Positions 1 through 11,000 of a stretch of DNA of 64,000 bases are shown here, piece after piece. The stretch is taken from the IMG/VR virus record IMGVR_UViG_3300031857_000135, positions 2,747-66,746 of that record; one strand, given 5' to 3'. This DNA comes from a virus. The position numbers and the translations under genes were made by a program. The notes under the pieces are model-generated. The model did not search any database and was not told the origin of the DNA. It worked only from the letters and a program-made list of their open reading frames with translations. The stretch's first letter is position 1, and each line of letters starts with the position of its first letter.

Positions 1-5
1 GCAAG

Positions 6-365
6 ATGGCAGCAGCCCTTCCTACCGATGACGTGGTGGAAGCCCTGTTCCTAATGGACGAACGGGCGGGACTTCTAAACCGCTACGGTGCGAACCTGCC
101 GGATCCAGTTCTCTGCGTCTACGGGGCAGAGAAGTCGGCTGAGTATTCCTGGAATCACGGCGGGGATTACGTCACTGCTTCTATGTTGATGCGCTATTCG
201 GGCAGCACAGCGGTCGAGGCGATGGAGGATGTGTTCTCTGATGACGTGATGAAGAGGTTCAAGGCGGATCCAGTAGGAGCGTTCCAGAAGATGCCGCTCG
301 AGCAGCAGATCTTGGTCTCACGCATGGCGTCCCAGTCCAGGGATACGAACAATGGCGGGTACTGA
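6..365 (+). CDS. C-terminal part of a hypothetical virion-associated protein (probably truncated by the window edge)
   Basis: Open frame at the window start; overlaps the next gene; contains EKSAE (KxA motif). Confidence 0.6.
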   Translation: MAAALPTDDVVEALFLMDERAGLLNRYGANLPDPVLCVYGAEKSAEYSWNHGGDYVTASMLMRYSGSTAVEAMEDVFSDDVMKRFKADPVGAFQKMPLEQQILVSRMASQSRDTNNGGY

Positions 366-2244
366 GTTTAAGACGTCAACCTCACATCCACTCACACTCC
401 TGCGCTCGTACATCCGAACCTTCGGATCAGAAGCGCTGGAGTGGGAGCCATTCGTAGTTAAGAAGGCGCTGGAAAAGAGACTGACATTTTCTCTACCAAG
501 AGTAAACTTTCTTAAACTCTTGGCTGCAATTTCAGTCGCAAATCATGATCAGTTCTGGTCGTCTTGGGAAACCTTTCATACGGTCTCTCAAGCACTGGCT
601 GGAAAGATCCCATCTGTTTCGCACATCGATAACCAGTCTGTTTCAGACTTAATGATCGCCGTAGATGCCGCGCTACGGATTCGCAAGGATCTGGGCTCAG
701 TGGGTGACATACCTCCATTCTCTGAGGAGGTAACTCGCTACATGGCGGCGCAGCTTCATGAGTCTGGGATCTGGTATGTACCAGAGCCACTTGAGTTTTT
801 AAATCCACTGATTTCTGGCGTGACGCAGGTTTGTGGTGAGTGTGGCAACGAAGAGCAGCCGAAAGAGGACGGGCTCTGTAGTTACTGCACTGACAGATAC
901 AATACCGACAGTCTTCTGAAGATGGAACCAGATGAGGAGTTAAAAAAGAAATTCAATGGATCTAAGGTTAAGGTTACTGTTAAGTTTCCAACTGCTGGAG
1001 TTCAGAAGTCTTTAGTTCGCGCCCTAACGCGCGGAGGGGAGACACTTCGAGAGACAGAGGATGATATCTGCGCTGCTAGAATTTTAGAGGGAATAAGAGA
1101 TCTTTCTGCGTATACTGCTGAGTTAGAAGTACAGACTAAAACAGCGGGCCTGGCAACTGTTGCAGGAACTCAAAAGGCTATTGCAACACATAATGCGTTT
1201 AATCCGGACTCCCCTATTGAGTTCAATATACCTGAATTACCAAAAACGAAAGAAGAACAAAATCAACAACCTCAACTAAAGCCACAAAAACCCACAATAC
1301 CGCCTAAAAAGAAAGCTCCTGGTATAGAAAAGTATATCAATCCTCTTAGTTTAGGAGGGACTGCACTATTAGCGGGAGGGTTACTTCGTAGTCCAAATGC
1401 CGGAAAATTTCTCACGGCAGCTAAGGAGGTAGTAACCAAACCTGTCACATCAATCGGCCGTTCTATGCGAGCTGGAGCTAACTACGTCGGTCCTGGCGCT
1501 GACGAGTTTGCTAGACAAGCTGCACAATCAAAGCGCGTAGAGATGATGGGCGAGACATTACGGCAGGCGAACCTCGGTGCTCAGGCAGGCGGAAAATCAC
1601 ATGTAACCGAATTTGAGGCGTTAACAGGGGGACCCGAGGGTAAAACACTTGTTCAAAAGTTGCGTAAATCCGGCTTATTGAGCGCTGGAGAGAAGACCTA
1701 CGATAATGTAAATATCGGATGGGGACTTTCGAGAAGGCTGAATTCTTTAGTGCGAGAAATGGATGCTGCCTCTGCAGCAGGTCGTACCGTGGACTATAAG
1801 AAACTAGAGGGTGCTTACAATGACTTGATTAATGCAGCCAGAAGGCAAGGAAGACCAGCTTCGAGAGGTATTAGTTACTACCTCCCGGGCGAGCGAGCTA
1901 TTGAGGTTGGGGCCCCCGTTCTTACAGGCGCAACCGAGCTCGCCACTAGTGAGGATCCAGATACCGGAGAGGCACGTAGTCTCTCGGAGAGAATTGCAAG
2001 GGGTGTAGCTGCGGGCGGCATCACGGCTGCTACTGGAGCATTGTTTGCCGGCAGAAACCTCGGACTTAGTAAGAAAAACCTGCTTACAGGTGCAGATAGA
2101 TCTACCTTTAGTGCCAAGGGGTTAGTCCCTGCCGCTGCTGGTATGGCAGTAGGCTCGACCCTTGAGAACATCGGTGCCGATGTTGTGGGTGGTGGCACTA
2201 AGCTGGTTGATTCTGCCTTTGGTCAGAGGAAGGAACAGACATGA
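352..2244 (+). CDS. Hypothetical head-associated protein: N-terminal domain with Zn ribbon, then low-complexity Gly-zipper cargo after KTAG
   Basis: 630-aa ORF; CGECG...CSYC; composition changes after QTKTAG (~1140); Gly/Ala-rich hydrophobic segments at the C-terminus; stop overlaps the portal start (ATGA). Confidence 0.75.
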   Translation: MAGTEFKTSTSHPLTLLRSYIRTFGSEALEWEPFVVKKALEKRLTFSLPRVNFLKLLAAISVANHDQFWSSWETFHTVSQALAGKIPSVSHIDNQSVSDLMIAVDAALRIRKDLGSVGDIPPFSEEVTRYMAAQLHESGIWYVPEPLEFLNPLISGVTQVCGECGNEEQPKEDGLCSYCTDRYNTDSLLKMEPDEELKKKFNGSKVKVTVKFPTAGVQKSLVRALTRGGETLRETEDDICAARILEGIRDLSAYTAELEVQTKTAGLATVAGTQKAIATHNAFNPDSPIEFNIPELPKTKEEQNQQPQLKPQKPTIPPKKKAPGIEKYINPLSLGGTALLAGGLLRSPNAGKFLTAAKEVVTKPVTSIGRSMRAGANYVGPGADEFARQAAQSKRVEMMGETLRQANLGAQAGGKSHVTEFEALTGGPEGKTLVQKLRKSGLLSAGEKTYDNVNIGWGLSRRLNSLVREMDAASAAGRTVDYKKLEGAYNDLINAARRQGRPASRGISYYLPGERAIEVGAPVLTGATELATSEDPDTGEARSLSERIARGVAAGGITAATGALFAGRNLGLSKKNLLTGADRSTFSAKGLVPAAAGMAVGSTLENIGADVVGGGTKLVDSAFGQRKEQT

Positions 2245-4313
2245 ATGTCGTCACTAGCGAAGTAAACCGATTCAATCCCCGCCCTGTTACCGCAGAGGGA
2301 GGGAGAGGTTTCGGTATTCGCTATCCTTCCCCCTTCTTCGATATTTCTCAGCAATTCCTACCTGCGAATCAGCATGAACTTCACAAGTGGTGTAGGTACT
2401 ATTTTTTAACAAATCCAGTGATTAATGCAGCCTGTTCCAAGATGGCGGAATACCCCGTTACTCCGCTTGTGTTCTCAACGGAAGATCCCGAAATAGTTAA
2501 ACTTTACAAAGGTATTGAGGATCATCTTAAGCTTCGGTCATTTCAGGTCGAAGTAGGGCTTGATTACTTCGTTTATGGTAACGCTTTTGTTTCCGTATTC
2601 CTGCCATTTGAGAAGTACCTTATCTGCAGCTCTTGCGGCGCTCGGTATCGCGCGAAGACCAATCGGTTTCGGTACAAGTGGCGTGACTCGAGGTTCTACA
2701 TCCATAAGTGCGACTGCGGGCATCAGGGCTATGCGAAGCAGCAGGATGTCTATATTCGCAGCTTCCGGGAGATCAGACTTGTTCGCTGGAATCCCGAGAA
2801 CATTGACATTAAGCACAATGAGATAACTGGTAAAACGAAGTATTATTTTAGATTACCTAAGAGTGTGATTAATGACATTAAAATCGGAGATTGTGACGAG
2901 ATTGAATCTCTGCCGCTCGAGTTCTTAGAGGCTGCGCGCGCAGGTAAGTCCCTCCTCTTCTCAGAGGACAACCTTTATCATCTAAAGCGCCCTACCATCG
3001 CGCAAAAGGATCAGGGCTGGGGGACCCCTCTCATCTTCCCGCTCCTGAAGGATGCCTTTTACTTACAGGTAATGAAGAAGGCGAACGAGGCGATCCTCAT
3101 GGAGAACATCGTTCCCATGAGAATGATCTTCCCCGGTCAGAATACTGGAGGAAACGAAGGTCCGTATGGATCCTACAATCTGACAAACTGGAAACGCCGG
3201 ATTGATGAAGAAATCAATATGTGGAAAAGGGACCACAATTATATTCCCGTGCTTCCCGTAAACATCGGATTTCAGCAAATCGGAGGACAGGGGAGATCAT
3301 TGCTGCTGTACCAGGAGATGAGACTTCTGGCAGAGCAGATGCTTGCTGGAGCGGGAATCCCCGTCGAGTTCATCTTCGGAGGACTTCAGTGGTCAGGATC
3401 GAGTACGTCGCTCCGTGCCCTCGAGAACATGTTCCTTGGATACAATAAGCAGCGGCATGAGCTTGTGAATGTATTCATTATGAATAAGATTGCAGCATTT
3501 ATGCAATGGCCGAAGGTAGTTTGCCGTTTTGATAAATTCCGTATGGCAGATGATCTTCAGCGCAGCATGTTCTATCTGCAGCTCAATCAAGCACAGAAGA
3601 TCAGCGATCATCGACTCATGGAAGAGCTCGGCGAGGACTTCGACCTCGAGGCAGAGCGCATGGGCCGCGAGATCAAGAAGCAGTTGCAGTCCAACCGCAA
3701 GATGCAGGTGGCATCCGCTGACATCCAAGGCGAGGCACAGCTGCGCACATCTCGCTACCAGGCCAAGGCCCAGGCAATCACAATGAAGGCTCAGGGCCAG
3801 GCTCAGATGGAGATGCAGGCTGCTCAGATGCAACAGCAGCAACAGATGCAGGCCCAGCAGATGCCGCAGGACCCCAATGCGCAGATGGCAGCGCAGCAGG
3901 GCGCTCAGCAGCCCGCGCAAGATCCAAACGCGCAGCAGGCACCCGTAGAGCAGGTACAGGGCGTACCCGAAGGCGCAACTGTCTATCAGGAGAATGCAGG
4001 AGCACCTAATGAAACGGCTATGCCGACAGCTATGGCTGGCGTGCAGTCTCAGATTCAACCCGGATCTGGTGGAGTTGATCTGCGCTATGTCGCTCAGAGA
4101 GCTGCCTCTTATTTCCGTACGCTAAAAAGAGAGCAGGGTGAGGACGCGATGTATCAAGCACTACAACAGATGCAGACGGAGAATCCTCCTCTGTACCAGC
4201 TCGTAGTGCAGCTAATGAACGACAAGGGATCCGCAGTCAACCCGCTTGATGGGATGAAGAACCCCGCTCCTTCTGGAACACCGCAGGCAGACCCCGGACG
4301 GCAGGTCGGCTGA
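2241..4313 (+). CDS. Portal protein with inserted Zn ribbon and Gln-rich C-terminal tail
   Basis: Portal-like motifs (YYFLTNPVINAACSKMAEYP, DYFVYGNAFV, YHLKRP...GWGTPLI, AGIPVEFIFG); position in the head cluster. Confidence 0.8.
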   Translation: MNVVTSEVNRFNPRPVTAEGGRGFGIRYPSPFFDISQQFLPANQHELHKWCRYYFLTNPVINAACSKMAEYPVTPLVFSTEDPEIVKLYKGIEDHLKLRSFQVEVGLDYFVYGNAFVSVFLPFEKYLICSSCGARYRAKTNRFRYKWRDSRFYIHKCDCGHQGYAKQQDVYIRSFREIRLVRWNPENIDIKHNEITGKTKYYFRLPKSVINDIKIGDCDEIESLPLEFLEAARAGKSLLFSEDNLYHLKRPTIAQKDQGWGTPLIFPLLKDAFYLQVMKKANEAILMENIVPMRMIFPGQNTGGNEGPYGSYNLTNWKRRIDEEINMWKRDHNYIPVLPVNIGFQQIGGQGRSLLLYQEMRLLAEQMLAGAGIPVEFIFGGLQWSGSSTSLRALENMFLGYNKQRHELVNVFIMNKIAAFMQWPKVVCRFDKFRMADDLQRSMFYLQLNQAQKISDHRLMEELGEDFDLEAERMGREIKKQLQSNRKMQVASADIQGEAQLRTSRYQAKAQAITMKAQGQAQMEMQAAQMQQQQQMQAQQMPQDPNAQMAAQQGAQQPAQDPNAQQAPVEQVQGVPEGATVYQENAGAPNETAMPTAMAGVQSQIQPGSGGVDLRYVAQRAASYFRTLKREQGEDAMYQALQQMQTENPPLYQLVVQLMNDKGSAVNPLDGMKNPAPSGTPQADPGRQVG

Positions 4314-4315
4314 GA

Positions 4316-4570
4316 TCAGCGAGTGATTTCAGCCGGCCGCCGCCGGGGTGACTCGGTAGGGATGCCTGCGTAAAGTTCATCCAGGATCTGACGGCAGTTA
4401 GCCACGAAGCACTGCTCGTGGAACATGGCCTCGCTGCCATGGTGCGCGAAGACGTTCTCTCCCAGCTCCCAGCCATGAGGCCTCCTCAAGACTGTATGGC
4501 GGGAGAGACACACCATCTTCTCGCCTCGCTCAGTTGAGGCGCTGCACCAGTCACATCTGTACGGACTCAT
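4316..4570 (-). CDS. Small Cys/His Zn-finger-like protein
   Basis: CDWC...HEQC; coupled to the upstream - strand ORF. Confidence 0.55.
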   Translation of the reverse strand: MSPYRCDWCSASTERGEKMVCLSRHTVLRRPHGWELGENVFAHHGSEAMFHEQCFVANCRQILDELYAGIPTESPRRRPAEITR

Positions 4571-4872
4571 TCACGCTCCAGGATTAGAAAACTGGATTCC
4601 ACCCCACACTGCTCGCAAGATCCTGCCGTCCAGAAAGGCGCGGGATTCTTCGCACAGGTAGAACAGAGCCAGGTCTGTTTCTCTGGTAGTGCCGTGCATC
4701 CCCGGCAATCTAGGAGTCCGCACCGCTCTTGTATTGCTGGGCAGAACTCCTGAATCTGGTCCTCTTCCACGGTCTTAAAGGAAAACGGAGTGGAAGGAGG
4801 AAGGGAGGGCAAACCTCCGAGCGCAGCTTGAAGCTGCGCTCGGAGGCGCCCTCCCTGGCGACTATGACTCAT
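4567..4872 (-). CDS. Small Cys-rich Zn-finger protein
   Basis: CRGC, CSTC and CEQC pairs; GAGGA RBS upstream. Confidence 0.6.
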   Translation of the reverse strand: MSHSRQGGRLRAQLQAALGGLPSLPPSTPFSFKTVEEDQIQEFCPAIQERCGLLDCRGCTALPEKQTWLCSTCAKNPAPFWTAGSCEQCGVESSFLILERE

Positions 4873-4873
4873 T

Positions 4874-5047
4874 GTCCTCGATCACATCGATCGAGGACTG
4901 GATGGCGCTGACAATCAGCGCCATCCAGAAAATCAATCCCAGTCGCCAAACCTGTCCGACCCCTGAAAGGGGTCCGATGACCCCTCATCGGGGTCGGCGA
5001 AAGTCTTGGGGTTCATGTTACCTCCAGCCGGGGCTATGATCCGGCTG
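4874..5047. other. Cluster of hairpins in the divergent intergenic region upstream of the RNAP gene
   Basis: Perfect stems 4874-4883/4889-4898, 4898-4911/4915-4928, 4956-4963/4990-4997 and 5025-5031/5041-5047. Confidence 0.75.
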
Positions 5048-5053
5048 TTATAC

Positions 5054-5080
5054 TTATGACCTCACTTCGGAGAAGTTTTA
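5054..5080 (-). promoter_or_regulatory. Putative phage promoter (TAAA-N15-GGTCATAA on the - strand)
   Basis: GTCATAA motif shared with sites upstream of other - strand units; ~44 nt upstream of an ATG (5016) that has a GGAGG RBS. Confidence 0.55.
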
Positions 5081-8000
5081 TGTCTAACATGAACCCGCTC
5101 GAGAGTCACAAGCTGCTCGTTGCCAAGACAAAGGAGGCGATCTCTTCGCATTTCCCGATCGAAGGCAACAAGCACAAGCTCGAGCTAGTTCGCATTGAGA
5201 TTGAAGATGAGTCGGACAAGGGCTCGGCTCAATTCAACCCGGCTAACTACAATAGTCAGATTGATGCCAGGCTAAATGATCGTACCTGGGGTCCAGATAT
5301 TGTTGGTGTATTTAAGCTAACAGATAAGGCATCTGGAAAGGTACTTGATCAGCGCTCTCGTACTCTTGGAAAATTGCCGAAGGTCACCACGCGCTACAGC
5401 TACATCATCAACGGTAACGAGATGCAGCTGGATGGTGTGTTTCGGTTGAACCCAGGCGCTTACCACGCAGAGGCACAGAACGGAGACCTGCTTGCCAAGT
5501 GGAACGTCGCCGCTGGTAGCAAGGTCGGTTCGTTCGATATCTACATTGAGCGTAGAGATCCTAAGAAGCTGGGCTTGATGACGATGAGCATCAAGAGCAG
5601 TGGAACTTCTACAGTTGATATCCCGATCTACCCAGTCCTCAGAGCCCTCGGTGTCGAGGATGCTCAGATTCAACGTGCTCTTGGGGACAAGCTTTTTGAG
5701 GTAAATAGAGACAAGAGCAAGATTAGCGATATCTTAAAATTTCATAAGGCCATCGAAGGTAGGGGCGCCTCCGACTACAAAGAGCCTTCGGTTTCGGAGG
5801 CCGCGAAATTCGCGAAGCAGACTTTTGAGTCTGCAGAAGTTAGCCCTCAAACGATGAAGTCGGCCTTTGGGAAGGAGTTTACCTCTATTACTGGAGAAGC
5901 ACTTCTTCTATCTGCGAAGAAGCTCGTAGACATCAGCCGAGGAGATGTGCCCGAAGATGACCGGCAGTCCCTGTCAAACAAGCGGCTATACGGAATTGAA
6001 GACTTCGTCTCTGAAGAGCTTACACGCGGTAAGACAATTTACGCGCTAACTCGAAAGATTAGAAATAACGTAGATAGAAAGACCACGATTCAGGACATTA
6101 TTCCTGCATCTGCCGCGGGGTACGGAGCTGCAATCCTGAAGCCTTTTAAGGCGGGGCAGTTGCCCACCCAGACAAATCCTCTTCAGTTTTTATCAAACCA
6201 TACGAAGACGACGATTCTGGGAGCTGAGTTCGGTGGAATCAAAGGAGAGAACGTCAATCTCCTCCCCGACAAGATGATCAACCCGTCGCATCTCGGCCTT
6301 CTGGACCCACTTCAAACACCCGAGAGTCAGCAGACTGGTATTCATCTGCACATCCCTCTTGGTGCGCAGAAAGTGGGCCATGACCTTGTTGCGCAGGTAG
6401 TCAATGTTCGCACTGGAAAGATCGAGCGTAAGTCGGCTGCTGATCTCGAGCGCGCCGTAGTCGCCTATCCAGATCAGGTCAAGATTCAGAAGAACTCAGA
6501 CGGCACTGTTAAAGTCACACCATTAGAATCCAATGTCATTGTCTACGATAATGATCGTAATACCTCCAAGAGACCGTGGAAGGACGTAGATTACGTTCTT
6601 CCCTCTGCCAAGCTTCTTTTTGCAGCTAGCGCAAACCTGGTTCCGTTTGTCCAGAACGACAACGGAAACCGCGCGATGATGGCTACCAAGCATCAGGAGC
6701 AGGCTGTCGGCCTCAAGAACCGAGAGGCACCGCTGGTCCAAACTGCGGCAAGTGGAGGACTCGCGTATGAGGATCTAGTAGGCGGTACAGCCTCGATCTC
6801 CTCAAACGCAGACGGAGTAGTCAGCTCTGTGAATAAGGAGGAGATTGTTGTTTTAGGTACCGACAAAAAGAAGTATAGACATGCATTGTACAATAACTAC
6901 CCTTTGAATGGGGCTAAGCATATGCTCCATTCTCAGCCGGTAGTAAAAGAGGGAGACAAGGTAAAGAAGGGTCAGCTCTTAGCAGACTCTAATTTCACTA
7001 AAAATGGTAAGCTCGCATTAGGCACGAATCTAAGAGTCGCGTATATTCCCTATCGCGGCTACAATTTCGAAGATGGTCTTGTGATCTCGGAGTCTGCGGC
7101 AGAGAAGTTGGTCTCGAGCCATCTTCATTCCGTAGAAGTAGAGATGCACCCGAATGTAGTCGTCAATAAAAAGATGTGGCGTCAGTATGCCGGAATGGTC
7201 AAAGCGACGCCGGCAATTCTCCAGAAGCTCGATGATGACGGAATTGTGCGAGTTGGGCAGAAAATAGAGCCAGGCGATGTCCTAATCGCAAAACTTCAAA
7301 AGCAGTCCCTCTCCAAGGACACCGAAGATATTCGTAAGAGACTAAAGGGCGCGGTTCAGGATTACGTAGATTCTTCGGTGAAGTGGGATCACGAGTACGA
7401 TGGAGTAGTTGCGCGAGTTGTAAACAACGGACGCAAGATTGCCGTCTTCATCAGAACTGAGCAGACGATGGAGGTCGGAGACAAGCTCTCTGGACGTCAT
7501 GGTAACAAGGGAATTGTCACTAAAATTCTCCCCGACGATAAGATGCCCAAGGACAAGAACGGGGAGCCAGTTCACATTCTTATGTCTCCTGCTGGCATTC
7601 CGTCCCGTATGAATCCGGGTCAGGTTCTTGAGACCGCTGCTGGAAAGATCGCACTAAAAACGGGTAAGCCATTTGTAGTTAATAATTTCGATGCAGGTAC
7701 AGACTATTCTCAGCTTGTAAAAGATGAACTAAAGAAGCACAAGATTTCAGATACTGATGAGCTCTTCGATCCCGAGACTGGAGAGAGCTTAGGTCAGGTT
7801 TTGACTGGGATGCAGTACATCCTCAAGCTTGATCATCAGGCTGAAAAGAAGATTTCCGCGCGAGGTGGTGGTTTCGGCTACGCATACAAGACGACCGGAG
7901 AAGCCTCGCAGGGATCTGGACTTGGGGAAGGCGGTCAGCGTATCGGAGGCCTCGATACCTACACGCTTCTTGCGCACGGAGCGAAACACAACCTCCGAGA

Positions 8001-11000
8001 GATGCAGACCTACAAGTCCGACCGAGAGCAGGCGGAAGATGTCTGGACTCGCATCATGCGGGGAGAGCGTCCTCCCCCGCCCAAAGTTCCTCGCTCTATG
8101 GAACAGTTCACGCACTATATGCGCGCAATGGGAGTTTACACCGAAAGAAAGGGGCGCGAATACTCCCTTATGCCCATGACGGATAAGCAGACCAAGGCCC
8201 AAAGCTCTGGAGAGCTGGCATTTCCGGAGAGGACCCTCGCAGCCAAGGGATCACTCACAAAGGAGGAGCGCGGAGGCCTTTTCGATCGAACCAAGACCGG
8301 CGGGCTTGAAGGGACCAAATGGTCACATATGGATCTGGGTATGCGGATCCCCAATCCCGTCTTTGAGGAGCCCGTACGTTCTCTTCTCCGCATGCCTAAG
8401 CCGGAGTTCCAGAGACTTCTGACGGCTGAGGGAGCCGTGGGAAGGAAGTCTGGCTTCCAGGTAATCGAGGAGAAGCTTCGAGCCCTTGACGTGAAGAAGG
8501 AGCTAAAAATTGCCGAGAAGGAATTAGATGAGGCCAATGAGAACGAACTGAATGTCGCCTATAAGCGGGTTCGGTATCTCCGCGCATTGGATGAGCTGGG
8601 CATTAAGCCAGTAGATGCCTACACCAACGAAGTCTTGCCTGTACTACCTCCGACCCTTCGAAGGGTGAGTATCGGATTTGACGGGACTCAGATCATTGAT
8701 CCCGCTAACAAGATGTACGCGATTATTGGACAGATGGTAAAGCAGCACGAACAGGCAAAAAAGGAAAATTTACCGATTGGAGAGATTCAGAAGCTCCAGG
8801 CAGAGATTTACGCAACAACCAAAGCTCTCCGAGTCTCAGGCATGCAGATGGAGGGCAAGCAGGTCCCTTCATTAATGGACAAGCTCACAGGGTTGAAACA
8901 GCCCAAGGGCTCATTCTTCCAGTCAGGAGTTTTGGGTAAACGGCAGGATCTCTCAGGTCGCTCAGTCATTACACCAGATCCTGAGATGCCCCTTGATGAG
9001 GTCGGCGTTCCTCGCGAAATGCTGATGGAGATGTACAAGCCATTCGTCATCAAGGAGATGTGGAGAGGCATGGGCCGGGCGACATCTCCAGGTGATGCAC
9101 GCCTGAAGATTAAACAAAATCACCCTGCTGCCAACGAAGCCCTCGAACGAGTTGTCCGTGATCGTCCAGTAATGATGAAGCGGGATCCAGCGCTTCACAT
9201 GTTCTCGATTATGGCCTTTAAGCCCAGAATCATTGAAGGGAAGTCAATCAAGATCCATCCTCTAGTGACCGGAGGTTTTAACGCAGACTTTGACGGCGAC
9301 ACGATGGCTATGTACGTCCCCATTACGGAGGGGGCTGTACAAGAAGCCAAAGCGATGATGCCGTCGAAGAATCTGTTTTCTCCGACTAGTGGCGGTCTGA
9401 TGACTACTCCAAGTCAGGATTCTGTACTTGGTATTTACCAGGCAACTGAGTGGGGCAAGAAGGTTTCGGGCAGCTTTACTGTAGATGAAGCCATCAAGCA
9501 GCTTAAAGCTGGGAAGCTCAAGTCATACGATGTGATCTCGGTCGTCGGCATGAATAAGCCTACTACTGCGGGTCGTTTGATGATTAACAATACTCTTCCA
9601 ACAGAGTTTAAGAATGATGAAGATCTTCTTTACAACCCAGAATTTAGAATGGCTAAGGGCGGCATGAAGCGATTTGCTACCCGCATTGCTCGAGCACAGC
9701 CAGAAGAGTTTGCGAAGATGATCGACGACTGGAAAACCATTGGTTTCCAGCTCGCGTTTAAAAATGGTTCAAGCGTAAAGGTTAATGACTTCCACGATGG
9801 GTTTAAGCTGCGGGATCAAGTACTAAAGAAGTACAAGACAGAAGAGAACAAGATTCTCAGCGGTCCTGGCTCTCGTGCAATTAAGAATGAAAAAATAGTG
9901 TCTTTGTATCAGAAAGCACAGAAAGAACTGAAGCAGGTTGGAGAGACGAAATATAATGCCTCAAAAGATAACGGCATGTGGGAGTGGGCACGTTCTGGAG
10001 CTAAGGGAGATTGGAACCAGTTCGGTCAGATGGTGATGGGCCCAATGCTGGTCCAGGATCCGATGAACAAGACGGTTCCTTTTGCCATCACCAAGTCCTT
10101 TGGTGAGGGACTTCCGGTATCGCAGTACTACACCGCACTTCATGGAGCCCGGAAGGGCACCATTGATCGCGCATCAGCGACGGCAAAGCCAGGTGCGCTG
10201 ACCAAGGAGCTTATTAACACTGTTATTGACAACACCATTAAGTCAAGAGACTGCGGCACTAACCGCGGGGCTCTTCTCTCTGCAATGGAGTCGGACATTG
10301 AAGGCCGCTTCCTCGCTGGAGAAGTTCCGCTGAAGGACGGACCTACTCTTGCGAAGGGAACTCTAATTACGCCTCAGATTAGATCAAAAATTAAAAATGA
10401 CGGCCCAAGAAAGGTTCTTGTTCGTTCTACTCTGTACTGCAATGAGACGAAGGGGATCTGCGCTACTTGCTACGGACTGAGTGAGCGAGGGGCCTTGTAT
10501 CCGGTGGGTACGAACGTCGGAATCATTGCAGGACACGCGCTGGGTGAGCCCATTACCCAGATGCAGATGAGAACGTTCCACACCGGCGGTGTTGGCGGGA
10601 CTAGTGGAGTCAGCGATTATTACACTGCAGCAGAAGACCTCTTCAAAGTACCTCAAAAGCTCAAGGGCGCAGCCACACTAGCTACCGTGAGCGGGAAGAT
10701 CGAAAAGATCGAATCAGATCCCCTTGGCGGTAAAATTGTAACTATTGACGGAAGGAAGCACGTCGTACCATTTACAACGCCTCTTCTCTCCAGCATTCGT
10801 GTCGGTGCTGAAGTAGAGAAGACAGACGCGCTATCTGAGGGTCGCAAAAACCCGCACGATATTCTAAGTATCACAAACAACATGTCAGCGGTCCGCATGC
10901 ACTTGTCGGATTCTTTGAACGAGCTTTACACAGAGACAACGGGAAATGAACGTAGAAGAAATATTGAGACCGTTATCCGCGCGATGACGGATCTCACGAG

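Noticed and set aside
4950-5005. Hammerhead ribozyme (GATGA...GAAA near stems)
   Set aside because: The core CUGANGA is absent (CCGATGA) and I could not build the three-stem topology
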